Shown: positions 7,321 through 16,543 of the stretch, piece after piece
How the letters are laid out: the number at the start of each line of letters is the position of its first letter
How positions within the stretch are numbered: position 1 is the stretch's first letter
Assembly: GCA_002392285.1 (NCBI GenBank)
Contig: DGGR01000038.1
Location: forward strand, 1-32,000
Length of the DNA: 32,000 nt
Origin: Verrucomicrobia bacterium UBA3869
GTDB lineage: Bacteria; Verrucomicrobiota; Verrucomicrobiia; Opitutales; UBA9783
Reading direction: 5' to 3'
Notes under the pieces: model-generated
The model's database searches: none
Told to the model about the DNA's origin: nothing
Seen by the model: the letters and a program-made list of their open reading frames with translations, nothing else
Position numbers and translations under genes: made by a program

Positions 7321-8850
7321 ATGAGTATTTTAACAGAGCAAGAACTAATCGCTATTATTAATAATCCAGAAAATCATATTACAGACGTTAAGCGTAATGC
7401 TGATCAGAAAATCGTTGAATTTAAGGCTCCAAAAAGCCTGGAGGAAATTGTAGGGAGAACAGATTTAGATCGGAAAGAAGCTTATGCTTGTTTCGAAAAA
7501 AATAGGCCCGCAACGTATTTTAAGGCCTATGAACGGGTTTCAGAGCCAATCAATCTGCAATGGTTGTTAACAACTAAGCAACAGGAGCTGTTTAAAAATG
7601 ATACAGGGAGCTTTATTCCGGTTTATCAGGTGACTTTTGACAGCATCCTTTCTATGTTAAAGGGTGAGGGATTTGCATCAGACATACTACAAAATGCGTT
7701 GAAATGGCGCAAGGATGGTAAAAGTTTTGAAGTAGCTTTAAATCAATGGGTTGATTCATTGACGGTACTACAAGGATGCCAATACGAATATGTGCGTGTT
7801 TATTCATCAAATTATTCAAAGCAGATTTCCGAAACATTTTGGTATAAATTACCATCAGGAGATGTTATGGCAAAAAGGTTTAAAAAGCAGTTCCAAACTA
7901 TTTCGCATCAGTGTATCCAAAATCCACGTGTGCGTGATAAAATAATCCTGATTTTAACTTTAGATGCCAACGCGCCTAATGATTGGAAATTCTTACTTGC
8001 GCATAATTACGATAATTCTCTCAAGGGTTGCTATTATTTGCATACCCTAAATGCTATAGAGTTAGGAGGTAATTATACTCCTATAATAGTTAGCCATGAA
8101 TTGGATCATGCACTCCATAATTTATTGCATATTGTGATAGTGGACGATTGTGAAGAGTGTATGGCTGAGTTCGGCAAGATTCCGTTCACACGCAAGTTGT
8201 TAAACTTACCTGAAATAGCAGATAAAATGATTCAGGTAAGTCGTAAGGAAATGGAAGCGTTTTGGGGATATGAAGCATCGAAATTGCTTCAGTTTACCAA
8301 TTCACAGATTGAGTTTTCTAAACGCGTATTGTGCGAACATTATTTTATGAAAGCTGTTTGGGCAGCTGGTGAGGAGATATTTACCCGAATGGGGGTGAAT
8401 GTGTTATCGGATCATAACGGAAAAGTAGGTATTTTCTTTAACCCATTTTCTGAAATAGGTGAGCATAAGGCTGTGATTTGGGGATATCCTATGTGGGATA
8501 AGATTGTTAAGAATGATGTATACGACACACCAAGATTCATACAGGATAACGTTATGTATATGCTTCCGGATCAAGATGGTGGCATACGTGATCAGTTCCC
8601 TGTTGCATATCTTAATCCCGAATTAAAAGAGGCTGTAACTACTATTGCCGACAATATTAAAGCTAAGGGATTTCCGGTGCCTGCTGAAGATATTCAATGT
8701 ATTTTGTTTAAAATTCTAAAAGTAACTACGGATATTCATCCGTGCCTTCCGGTTAATCCTGAAGGGACAAAAGATGATTTTTATAGCAATTTATCGCAAT
8801 TGTTAAATACTTGTGGCCTTAAATCCGCGGAGGATTATAAGCAAGCTTAA
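7321..8850 (+). CDS. Hypothetical protein with an HExxH zincin motif (HELDHALHNLLH). Candidate secreted metalloprotease.
   Basis: Long uninterrupted ORF. The HELDH motif is at nt 8095-8109. It shares conserved blocks with the 11804-12895 ORF. No signal peptide or TM segment is visible. The track start at 7300 is a GTG, and I prefer the ATG at 7321 (MSILTEQ). Neither has an SD. Confidence 0.8.
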   Translation: MSILTEQELIAIINNPENHITDVKRNADQKIVEFKAPKSLEEIVGRTDLDRKEAYACFEKNRPATYFKAYERVSEPINLQWLLTTKQQELFKNDTGSFIPVYQVTFDSILSMLKGEGFASDILQNALKWRKDGKSFEVALNQWVDSLTVLQGCQYEYVRVYSSNYSKQISETFWYKLPSGDVMAKRFKKQFQTISHQCIQNPRVRDKIILILTLDANAPNDWKFLLAHNYDNSLKGCYYLHTLNAIELGGNYTPIIVSHELDHALHNLLHIVIVDDCEECMAEFGKIPFTRKLLNLPEIADKMIQVSRKEMEAFWGYEASKLLQFTNSQIEFSKRVLCEHYFMKAVWAAGEEIFTRMGVNVLSDHNGKVGIFFNPFSEIGEHKAVIWGYPMWDKIVKNDVYDTPRFIQDNVMYMLPDQDGGIRDQFPVAYLNPELKEAVTTIADNIKAKGFPVPAEDIQCILFKILKVTTDIHPCLPVNPEGTKDDFYSNLSQLLNTCGLKSAEDYKQA

Positions 8851-8871
8851 GACACGGGAAAAATTGAGTAC

Positions 8872-8899
8872 AACGCAAGCCATTTAATCATGCGTTTTG
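8872..8899 (+). terminator. Weak candidate terminator after the HExxH ORF
   Basis: AACGCA (8872-8877) / TGCGTT (8891-8896) forms a 6-bp stem with a 13-nt loop, followed by TTTTG. The stem is short and the loop large. Confidence 0.3.
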
Positions 8900-8989
8900 C
8901 TCAAACTTAGGCTCTTGATAAGGGCAGGTTTTTAAGATCCCAGCACACGAACGATGGGGCTTCCCTGGTATACCCAAACTGTTATTTCA

Positions 8990-9039
8990 TCAAAAAAGAT
9001 GAGCTGATTTTTAAGGTTTTAGGTTAATAAGTCAGCTCA
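8990..9039 (-). terminator. Candidate terminator of ppdK (minus strand)
   Basis: TGAGCTGA (9000-9007) / TCAGCTCA (9032-9039) forms an 8-bp stem with a 24-nt loop, 15 nt past the ppdK stop. On the minus strand it is followed by TCTTTTTTG (complement of 8991-8999). Confidence 0.5.
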
Positions 9040-9054
9040 CCTATAAGATAAAGC

Positions 9055-11748
9055 TTAACGGTGATGCTTTAATGCGGCTTGTGCGGCTGCTAAGTGTACA
9101 ATTGGGATACGATTGGGGGAACAACTGACATAATCCAATCCAGCTTCCTGGAAGAATTCCACCGATTTAGGATCGCCTCCGTGTTCTCCGCAAACCCCAA
9201 TTTCCAGTGTTGGTTTAACTTTTCGTGCACGTTCTACTGCTAATTTGACCAACTCACCAACTCCAGCAATATCAATCGTTGTAAACGGATTGACCGTGAA
9301 GATTTCGTGTTGGGTATACGCCCGGTAGAACTTGCCCATATCATCACGGCTAATCCCCAAAGTTAATTGGGTTAGATCGTTCGTTCCGAAGCTAAAGAAC
9401 TCTGCCTCTTTCGCAATTTCGTGAGCGCGAACCGTTGCGCGTGGGCTTTCAATCATGCTTCCAATGCGATACGGAATGTTGATTAGGTGCTTGGAGCATA
9501 CTTTATTGCCAATAGCACGGATGATTTCGATTTGATTCTTCAATTCGCGTACAAATCCTACCAAAGGAATCATGATTTCCAATTGAACCGTGATGCTCGA
9601 TTTCATCACTTCCGCTGCTGCTTCAAAAATGGCGGTTGCTTGCATTTCAGTGATTTCCGGGTAGGAAATGCCTAAGCGGCATCCGCGGTGACCCAACATG
9701 GGGTTTTGTTCTGCAAGCGCATTGGAACGACGTTTGATTTCGTCGACTGATAACCCAATAGCTTTCGATAAAGCAGCAATGGTGGGTTCATCGTGCGGCA
9801 AGAATTCATGCAAAGGCGGATCCAAAAGGCGGATAATAACTGGGTGACCTTTCATAGCCTTAAAGATTCCAATGAAATCCTCGCGCTGTAAGGGCAATAG
9901 CTTATCCAGTGCCTTGCGTCGTTGTTCTTCGTTATCGGCCAAAATCATTTCGCGCATGCTATCAATGCGATTTCCGTTGAAGAACATGTGTTCTGTACGG
10001 CATAGACCGATTCCTTCAGCACCAAACATGAATGCTACAGCAGCTTGTTGAGGAGTATCGGCATTAGCACGAATGCTTAATTGACGGTTGGCATCGCTCC
10101 ACTTCATGATTTGATTGAACATGCGGTAGGTTTCGCTTTTATCAGCCGCTAATGTGCCGTTAAGTACCTGCATAACTTCGGATGGCATGGTTTGAATTTC
10201 GCCTTCATATACCTCTCCGGTGCTTCCATTGATGGAAATGAAATCACCTTCCTTTAATTGAACGGAATCGCGTGTGATGGTTTTCTTTTGATAATCGATG
10301 GTGAGATCACCAGCGCCACAAACGCATACTTTACCCATTTGACGGGCGACCAATGCTGCATGTGAGCTTACTCCTCCGCGGCTTGTCAAAATACCTTCGG
10401 AAACTAACATTCCACGTAAATCTTCAGGTGAAGTTTCGGCTCGGCACAGGACTACTTTGTAGCCGGCTTTTGCCATTTCTTCCGCGCGGTCTGCTGTAAA
10501 TACAACCTTACCGCAAGCAGCTCCTGGGCCTGCAGGCAAACCTTTTGCAATGCATTTTGCTTTGGATTCGCTGACTGGATCAAAAATAGGCACGAGCAGG
10601 GATGCAATGGATTCAGCGGGTATACGCAATAGCGCAGTTTTTTGGTCAATCAACTTTTCTTTGACCATATCCAATGCAATACGAATAGCGGCTAATCCTG
10701 TCCGTTTCCCATTGCGGGTTTGAAGCATGAATAACCGACCATTTTCGACCGTAAATTCGAAATCTTGCATGTCGGTAAAATGTGTTTCCAGCTTGCGACG
10801 GATTTCGAGCAAAGATTTATATGCCTCTGGCATTTCTTGCTCTAATTGAGCAATCGGGTGAGGGGTACGGATACCGGCAACCACATCTTCACCTTGAGCA
10901 TTAATCAGGTATTCGCCATAAAATTCATTGCTTCCATTGGCAGGGTTGCGGGTAAATGCAACACCGGTTGCGCTGGTATTGCTGGCGTTACCGAATACCA
11001 TCGTTTGAACGTTTACTGCTGTTCCCCAATCGGACGGAATGTTGTACTTTTGACGGTACAGGATAGCACGTTCGTTATTCCATGAACCAAATACGGCTCC
11101 AATTGCACCTGCTAGCTGCTGAAATACGTCTTGTGGGAATATACCCCGGTTTTTCTTTTGAATGAGCGCTTTGAATTCAACGATTATGTTCTTTAAATCT
11201 TCTGCGTCTAATTCCGTATCGTATTGAACATGCTTTTTTTGCTTCGCTGCAGTCAAAATAGCATCGAATGGATCGTTTTCTTCATCGCTATCAGCCCCTA
11301 CTCCAAGCACTACGTCTCCATACATTTGAATGAAACGGCGATAACAATCGTAGGCAAAGCGCGGATCGCCGGTTATTTTGGCAAATCCTTCTACTGTTTG
11401 ATCATTGAGTCCTAAATTTAAAATAGTATCCATCATTCCCGGCATGGACTCACGCGCACCAGAACGTACCGAAAATAACAACGGGTTGTTAACATCCCCA
11501 AATTTTTTGCCAATTTGTTCTTCTACATGAGTAATAGCTGTTTTGATTGCTGTTTTCAGTTCTGGATGAATGGCTTTGCGCACTTGGTAATCGGTGCACA
11601 TGGCGGTGGTAATGGTAAAACCTGGCGGAACCGGCAACCCTAATTGAGCCATTTCTGCAAGATTGGCCCCTTTACCGCCTAAAAGCGAGCGCATTGACGC
11701 ATTTCCGTCGGTTTTTTTACCAAATTCGTAAATTATTTTTTCATCCAT
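9055..11748 (-). CDS. ppdK: Pyruvate, phosphate dikinase
   Basis: Full-length match to PPDK architecture. [12 protein letters not shown] marks the ATP-grasp N-terminus, [16 protein letters not shown] is the phospho-His swivel domain, and [12 protein letters not shown] plus VCGEHGGDP mark the PEP/pyruvate domain. The track start at 11760 is a TTG, and I prefer the ATG at 11748 ([10 protein letters not shown]). Confidence 0.95.
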   Translation of the reverse strand: MDEKIIYEFGKKTDGNASMRSLLGGKGANLAEMAQLGLPVPPGFTITTAMCTDYQVRKAIHPELKTAIKTAITHVEEQIGKKFGDVNNPLLFSVRSGARESMPGMMDTILNLGLNDQTVEGFAKITGDPRFAYDCYRRFIQMYGDVVLGVGADSDEENDPFDAILTAAKQKKHVQYDTELDAEDLKNIIVEFKALIQKKNRGIFPQDVFQQLAGAIGAVFGSWNNERAILYRQKYNIPSDWGTAVNVQTMVFGNASNTSATGVAFTRNPANGSNEFYGEYLINAQGEDVVAGIRTPHPIAQLEQEMPEAYKSLLEIRRKLETHFTDMQDFEFTVENGRLFMLQTRNGKRTGLAAIRIALDMVKEKLIDQKTALLRIPAESIASLLVPIFDPVSESKAKCIAKGLPAGPGAACGKVVFTADRAEEMAKAGYKVVLCRAETSPEDLRGMLVSEGILTSRGGVSSHAALVARQMGKVCVCGAGDLTIDYQKKTITRDSVQLKEGDFISINGSTGEVYEGEIQTMPSEVMQVLNGTLAADKSETYRMFNQIMKWSDANRQLSIRANADTPQQAAVAFMFGAEGIGLCRTEHMFFNGNRIDSMREMILADNEEQRRKALDKLLPLQREDFIGIFKAMKGHPVIIRLLDPPLHEFLPHDEPTIAALSKAIGLSVDEIKRRSNALAEQNPMLGHRGCRLGISYPEITEMQATAIFEAAAEVMKSSITVQLEIMIPLVGFVRELKNQIEIIRAIGNKVCSKHLINIPYRIGSMIESPRATVRAHEIAKEAEFFSFGTNDLTQLTLGISRDDMGKFYRAYTQHEIFTVNPFTTIDIAGVGELVKLAVERARKVKPTLEIGVCGEHGGDPKSVEFFQEAGLDYVSCSPNRIPIVHLAAAQAALKHHR

Positions 11749-11803
11749 ATTCGCTTTCAAATTGTAGGCGAAATGGGGAGAATGTCAATTTTTGATATCA
11801 GGC

Positions 11804-12895
11804 TTACCTGTTTAATTTTTGATAAGCATCATAGATTAAATCAGCACGTTGTTTTACTTTTAACCTCTTTTCTAACCTGTACAAGAAATCGTTACGAGCA
11901 TTGGTTTGGCTTGCCAAATCGATTTCGCCGGTTAATCCGAGTGCATAGCGAATGGCTTTAATAGCTTTATCTGAGTAAACAAGTGCTTTCCGTACGCTTA
12001 GATTTTGCAGCATTGCCGCTTGTTCTTCTTTAGTTAAGTAGTAATTTTGACCCATTGGCCCATGATAGGTAAATGGATGTGCGGTAAAAATCTCATTGGC
12101 GTAATCGGATAATTCATTAACGTAAACAATGTTGTTAATTTCCGCAAAACCTAATTGATTCCAGCATTCTTCAATCGAGTACCATTCACAGTATATTTGG
12201 TAGGTGTTGGAATCCTTAAACAATTCGTTATTAGGTAAATTTACGTTTTGTTTTAGTAAATAGATATCTTTTATAAAGTCGCTTGTGTAGGTCGCTAGTT
12301 GCGGGACAGCAAGGATATTATATGCAGCGTGTAGAGCATGTCCTAATTCGTGGAACAATAAATGGCCCGGCAGATAGGTTAATCTTTCTCCAATTAAATG
12401 GCTGCTGATATGAATAGAAATCTTCTGTTGTTCATCGATGTGGCAGTATCCCATGGAAACTGGACCATCGAACACTACTATTCGTATCTTATTCCAATCC
12501 AGAACATTATATAGCGCACATAAGATATTCATTGGTATTAGGTCTAATGGGGTTTCCAGTAAATTAGCTTTGAGTAAGCTTCGGTAATGGCGAATAAGCT
12601 GTGGGTCGCGTGGGTTAATGGTTACATTACCTAAATGATCTACAACTCCGGTTTTGATAGTAATACGATCGGCTAATTCGCTGATGAGTAAATTCAAACA
12701 TGCATTGTCCAGCATCATTTTGATTTTTGGCTTTAATGAAGCCAAGAGGGTGTCGAAATTAACAACCCGAAATTCTGATGTATAACCTAGCTCCTTTAGC
12801 TTGATCTGCCTGTCTTGAGGTAATTCTTTTGAACACTTGAAAAAAGTTTCAGGAGTTGATGCACACTGAGGGATAGTATATAAGTTATAGGTCAT
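11804..12895 (-). CDS. Hypothetical protein with an HExxH zincin motif (HELGHALH). Distant paralogue of the 7321-8850 ORF.
   Basis: HELGH is encoded at 12338-12352 on the minus strand. Blocks shared with the 516-aa ORF are SHELDHALHNLLH/FHELGHALHAAYN, WAAGEEIFTRMG/WYSIEECWNQLG and FFNPFSEIGEH/YVNELSDYANE. The gene is AT-rich, with no signal peptide or TM segment. The start is either the ATG at 12895 (MTYNLYT) or the ATG at 12943. Confidence 0.8.
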   Translation of the reverse strand: MTYNLYTIPQCASTPETFFKCSKELPQDRQIKLKELGYTSEFRVVNFDTLLASLKPKIKMMLDNACLNLLISELADRITIKTGVVDHLGNVTINPRDPQLIRHYRSLLKANLLETPLDLIPMNILCALYNVLDWNKIRIVVFDGPVSMGYCHIDEQQKISIHISSHLIGERLTYLPGHLLFHELGHALHAAYNILAVPQLATYTSDFIKDIYLLKQNVNLPNNELFKDSNTYQIYCEWYSIEECWNQLGFAEINNIVYVNELSDYANEIFTAHPFTYHGPMGQNYYLTKEEQAAMLQNLSVRKALVYSDKAIKAIRYALGLTGEIDLASQTNARNDFLYRLEKRLKVKQRADLIYDAYQKLNR

Positions 12896-12978
12896 AATGA
12901 TTTTTACTTTATTAGTTATAATTTGTCGCAAAGGACAAAACATGATATCATTATTATTTTAATGCGTCAATATTTTTT

Positions 12979-14784
12979 ATGGTTCGCCTGGGTGATTCTC
13001 GAATAAATTTCAATCGTATCCGCTTTTTGCAAGGATTGATTGTTGGTTTATTTATTCTGTTGGCTGGTGTTGTGTTTTACCGCCAGTATGTGCAGGGTGA
13101 TTATTATAAGCAATTGAACGATCAGCAATGCTTGCGGCGCATCATTTATCCGGGGCAACGGGGAAGCATTTTGGACTGTAAAGGGAGACCATTAGCGATC
13201 CAAAAGCCCATTTATTGCTTGTATGTGCGTTTAGACTATTTCCGTAGGTATTTTGAGCCATTTTGTAAAAAAAACCACGATCGATCCGATCAACAGGAAC
13301 AACTGTGGTCATTGATTCATGATGCGCTTTTGAGGCATGCACGGCAATTAGGGCCTATTCCATTTGAGGTTAATTCTCGGCAGTTGCTCCAGCATTACCA
13401 GCAAAACATTTTACTGCCGTTGAAATTATCGCAGGGGTTAAGCAAAGAGGTTTATGCGCGCTTATTGAATGGCTTATCGGAGGCGGATCCATTTCAAGTT
13501 GGGATTGAATGGGTACGTACTTATCCCTACGGTTCAGCGGCCTGCCATGTAATCGGTTATGTCGGCAAGGTTGAGGAGGTGAATGAAGGGATAGAGCAAG
13601 GTAAGTCATTGCGGACGTTCGTTTATAAGCGCGAGCAAGGGCGTATGGGCATTGAATCGATGTACGATGAGATCTTGAAGGGGAGGGATGGCGTTGAAAT
13701 TTGGCGCGTAACTCCCGGTGGGCAGAAACAGAGTTGTGTGTGGTCGAGTCCAAGTACTGCGGGTGAAACGGTTAAGCTATCGTTGGATATAGAATTACAG
13801 AAGGTATGCGAAAAGGCTTTGGGGAGCCGAAAAGGGTCAATCGTAATTGTGGATATCACTACGGGTGGGGTATTGGCTATGTTGAGCCACCCAGGGTTTA
13901 ATTTGAATGATTTGGTACCTATTTTACCCACTCATGTTTATCAAGAGATTGAGCAACGTGGGGCATGGTTGAACCGCGCAACGCAAGGTTTGTATCCTAT
14001 GGGTTCGATTTTCAAACCGATTGCATTATCAGCATTGTTGCGTACCGGGGTCGTCAATGCAGACAGTAGTTATGTGTGTACGGGCCTGGAAATGGTAGGG
14101 AACCGTGCATTCCATTGTTATAACCATTACGGACATGGGTCCATTAATACCATTCAAGCGATGGAGCAAAGTTGTAACGTTTTCTTCTATCATTATGGGG
14201 TACAAGTTGGGCCTGATGCCTTGCACGATGAAGCAGTACTATATCATTTTAATGAGCCTACGGGTATTGATTTACCCTATGAAGTGCGTACATTCAACAT
14301 TCCCTCTCCGAAATGGAAAGAGAAACGTTTTGGCGAACGTTGGACTCCCGGAGATACCGCTAATATGTCGATTGGGCAAGGGTATTGGTTAGTAACTCCT
14401 ATGCAAATGGTTCGTTTTGCAGCTGCATTTTCACGGAATCGTACAAACTTTAGACCCTATTTGGTAAAAGCAACACCGTATAAAGCTCAAAAAGCGTTAC
14501 CGGATGTTCAATGGGAGGTGATTAAAACGGGCATGGTACAAGCGGCTAAAATTCACCTGCCGTCGTTTGATAATTTAGCCGTTAAAAGTGGCACAGCGCA
14601 GATTAAAATTAAGGGTCATTCGGAATTCTGGCATATTGGATGGCTTATAGGGTTTGCTCCGGTGGATAACCCAAAAGTTGCCTTTTGTATACAAATCGAG
14701 CAGGAACAACCTGGGGTGTTTTATGGTGGGACGAAAGCTAGCCCGATTGCAGCGGAATTTTTGCGTTATTTGTTCCCAAAATAG
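12979..14784 (+). CDS. mrdA: Penicillin-binding protein 2 (class B transpeptidase)
   Basis: N-terminal membrane anchor LQGLIVGLFILLAGVVFY, followed by the dimerisation-domain start RGSILDCKGRPLA. The transpeptidase triad is present: SxxK (GSIFKP), SxN (SCN) and KxG (KSGTAQ). Confidence 0.9.
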   Translation: MVRLGDSRINFNRIRFLQGLIVGLFILLAGVVFYRQYVQGDYYKQLNDQQCLRRIIYPGQRGSILDCKGRPLAIQKPIYCLYVRLDYFRRYFEPFCKKNHDRSDQQEQLWSLIHDALLRHARQLGPIPFEVNSRQLLQHYQQNILLPLKLSQGLSKEVYARLLNGLSEADPFQVGIEWVRTYPYGSAACHVIGYVGKVEEVNEGIEQGKSLRTFVYKREQGRMGIESMYDEILKGRDGVEIWRVTPGGQKQSCVWSSPSTAGETVKLSLDIELQKVCEKALGSRKGSIVIVDITTGGVLAMLSHPGFNLNDLVPILPTHVYQEIEQRGAWLNRATQGLYPMGSIFKPIALSALLRTGVVNADSSYVCTGLEMVGNRAFHCYNHYGHGSINTIQAMEQSCNVFFYHYGVQVGPDALHDEAVLYHFNEPTGIDLPYEVRTFNIPSPKWKEKRFGERWTPGDTANMSIGQGYWLVTPMQMVRFAAAFSRNRTNFRPYLVKATPYKAQKALPDVQWEVIKTGMVQAAKIHLPSFDNLAVKSGTAQIKIKGHSEFWHIGWLIGFAPVDNPKVAFCIQIEQEQPGVFYGGTKASPIAAEFLRYLFPK

Positions 14785-14844
14785 CGTTTGCGCGTTGCGT
14801 TAATGAACTTGACAATGGCAATTTCTGGCATAGGTTAGAAGGCC

Positions 14845-16479
14845 ATGTTCGCATATCAAGAGGCTATTAAAAACCATTTGTTTTCGAAACAAAGTTGGTT
14901 GTCCAATCTAGTACCTGGCATTGTGGTTGGTGTGGTGGCTTTGCCTTTAGCAATGGCTTTTGCAATTGCCAGTGGAGTTGCTCCAGAGAATGGCTTATAT
15001 ACTGCAATTGTTGCTGGATTTTTTGTGTCGTTGTTTGGGGGAAGCCGCGTTCAAATTGCAGGGCCGACAGGAGCGTTTGTTATCCTCCTGCATTCCATAG
15101 TGCAACAATACGGATTCGATGGGCTACAATTGGCAACGTTTTTGGCCGGTATTTTCCTGATTTTAATGGGGGTTTTGAAATTAGGGACAATGATTAAGTA
15201 TATCCCAGAACCGGTTATTATTGGATTTACTTCGGGAATTGCACTAACGATTTTCGTGGGCCAATTGAAAGACTTCTTTGGGTTAACGGTTACAACCCAT
15301 GGGACGAGTTTTGTAACCAAAATCTTGGATTTATACCCTGCGGCATCCACTTTGAACGTACCAACCACTTTGTTGGGTTTGGGGAGCTTAATCCTGATTG
15401 TTGTAACCAATCGGTACTTAAAGCCAATTCCTGGGTTTTTAGTGGCTTTGGTGTTAGCAACTGTTATCCAAAGTATCTGCAAATTCCATTCAGTGGCTAC
15501 CATCGGAAGCGTATTTGGAGGTATCCCCCAAGCGTTACCGTCATTTCATTTGCCCCATGCATCGTTGCCTTTAATACTGGAGCTGATAGGGCCTGCGTTT
15601 ACTATTGCGCTTTTGGGGGCAATCGAATCATTATTGTCGGCCTCCGTTGCCGATAGTATGATTGGAACGCATCATTATTCGAATCATGAGCTGATAGGGC
15701 AGGGGTTGGCTAATGTATTTACCCCATTGTTTGGAGGATTTGCGGCAACAGGAGCGATTGCGCGTACTGCAACTAACATTAAAACCGGAGGGAATGCACC
15801 GATTGCTGGCTTAATCCATTGCGTGACATTAATATCCTTTATTTTAGTGCTAGCGCCTTGTGCAACAGCTATTCCGATTACAGCCTTATCGGCGGTGTTG
15901 TTCGTGGTAAGTTACAACATGAGCGATTATAAGCGCTTTTATCGGGTATTATCGACTGCACCGTATTCCGATCGTTTTGTCCTATTAACTACGTTTTTCC
16001 TAACGATTTTTGTTGATTTAGTTGTAGCGGTCAATGTGGGGGTTATTTTTGCTACCTTGTTTTTCATGAGGCGTATGGCTCATTCAATCCAAATTGAACA
16101 TGCTACGTCAGCGTCTTTACAGATTGAACATATCAGCAATGTACCCAAAAACATAGGGATTTATTCAATAGAAGGGCCATTTTTCTTTGGTGCAATTGGA
16201 ACCTTTCAATCGGCGTTATCTGGGGTAAATCCTGATGTACATACGTTGATTATTCGCTTAAAACACGTTCCGTTTATTGACGTAAGCGCGTTGGATTCCT
16301 TGCGTGCCTTTATTACCACTTCGGAAGCGAAAACCATCCATGTGATATTTTGCGAAGCGAATGAGTTGGTGGAAGCGCGTATGAACAAGGCGCGTTTGAT
16401 GGATGCCGGTAAGGATTGCCGCTTTGGCAGAACCATTGAGCAAGCGCTAGCTTTATCGCAAAACCGTACGAACGTGTAG
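14845..16479 (+). CDS. SulP-family anion transporter with a C-terminal STAS domain
   Basis: ALPLAMAFAIASGVAPENGLYTAIVAG and the multi-TM core are typical of SulP/SLC26. The C-terminal ~120 aa (IYSIEGPFFFGA ... IIRLKHVPFIDVSALDSL) is STAS-like. Confidence 0.9.
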   Translation: MFAYQEAIKNHLFSKQSWLSNLVPGIVVGVVALPLAMAFAIASGVAPENGLYTAIVAGFFVSLFGGSRVQIAGPTGAFVILLHSIVQQYGFDGLQLATFLAGIFLILMGVLKLGTMIKYIPEPVIIGFTSGIALTIFVGQLKDFFGLTVTTHGTSFVTKILDLYPAASTLNVPTTLLGLGSLILIVVTNRYLKPIPGFLVALVLATVIQSICKFHSVATIGSVFGGIPQALPSFHLPHASLPLILELIGPAFTIALLGAIESLLSASVADSMIGTHHYSNHELIGQGLANVFTPLFGGFAATGAIARTATNIKTGGNAPIAGLIHCVTLISFILVLAPCATAIPITALSAVLFVVSYNMSDYKRFYRVLSTAPYSDRFVLLTTFFLTIFVDLVVAVNVGVIFATLFFMRRMAHSIQIEHATSASLQIEHISNVPKNIGIYSIEGPFFFGAIGTFQSALSGVNPDVHTLIIRLKHVPFIDVSALDSLRAFITTSEAKTIHVIFCEANELVEARMNKARLMDAGKDCRFGRTIEQALALSQNRTNV

Positions 16480-16499
16480 GGCTTAGCGTACGGTTTTTT
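16460..16499 (+). terminator. Rho-independent terminator of the SulP gene
   Basis: Perfect 11-bp stem AAAACCGTACG (16460-16470) / CGTACGGTTTT (16487-16497) with a 16-nt loop that contains the TAG stop. The stem runs into a T6 tract. Confidence 0.75.
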
Positions 16500-16504
16500 A
16501 TCAG

Positions 16505-16533
16505 TTGATTGTCCATAGGTAGGTCCGTATAAT
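16505..16533 (+). promoter_or_regulatory. Near-consensus sigma-70-type promoter directly upstream of the 74-aa ORF
   Basis: TTGATT (16505-16510), a 17-nt spacer, then a perfect TATAAT (16528-16533). The ATG at 16544 is only 10 nt past the -10 element, which implies an almost leaderless transcript. Confidence 0.55.
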
Positions 16534-16543
16534 AATACAAAGT

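Noticed and set aside
13142-16540. Nested ORFs inside pbp2 and the SulP gene (for example 13370-13753, 13623-13931, 14105-14392, 14895-15197, 15051-15503, 16206-16540)
   Set aside because: All lie within genes that have strong family signatures in another frame or strand, and none has independent support.
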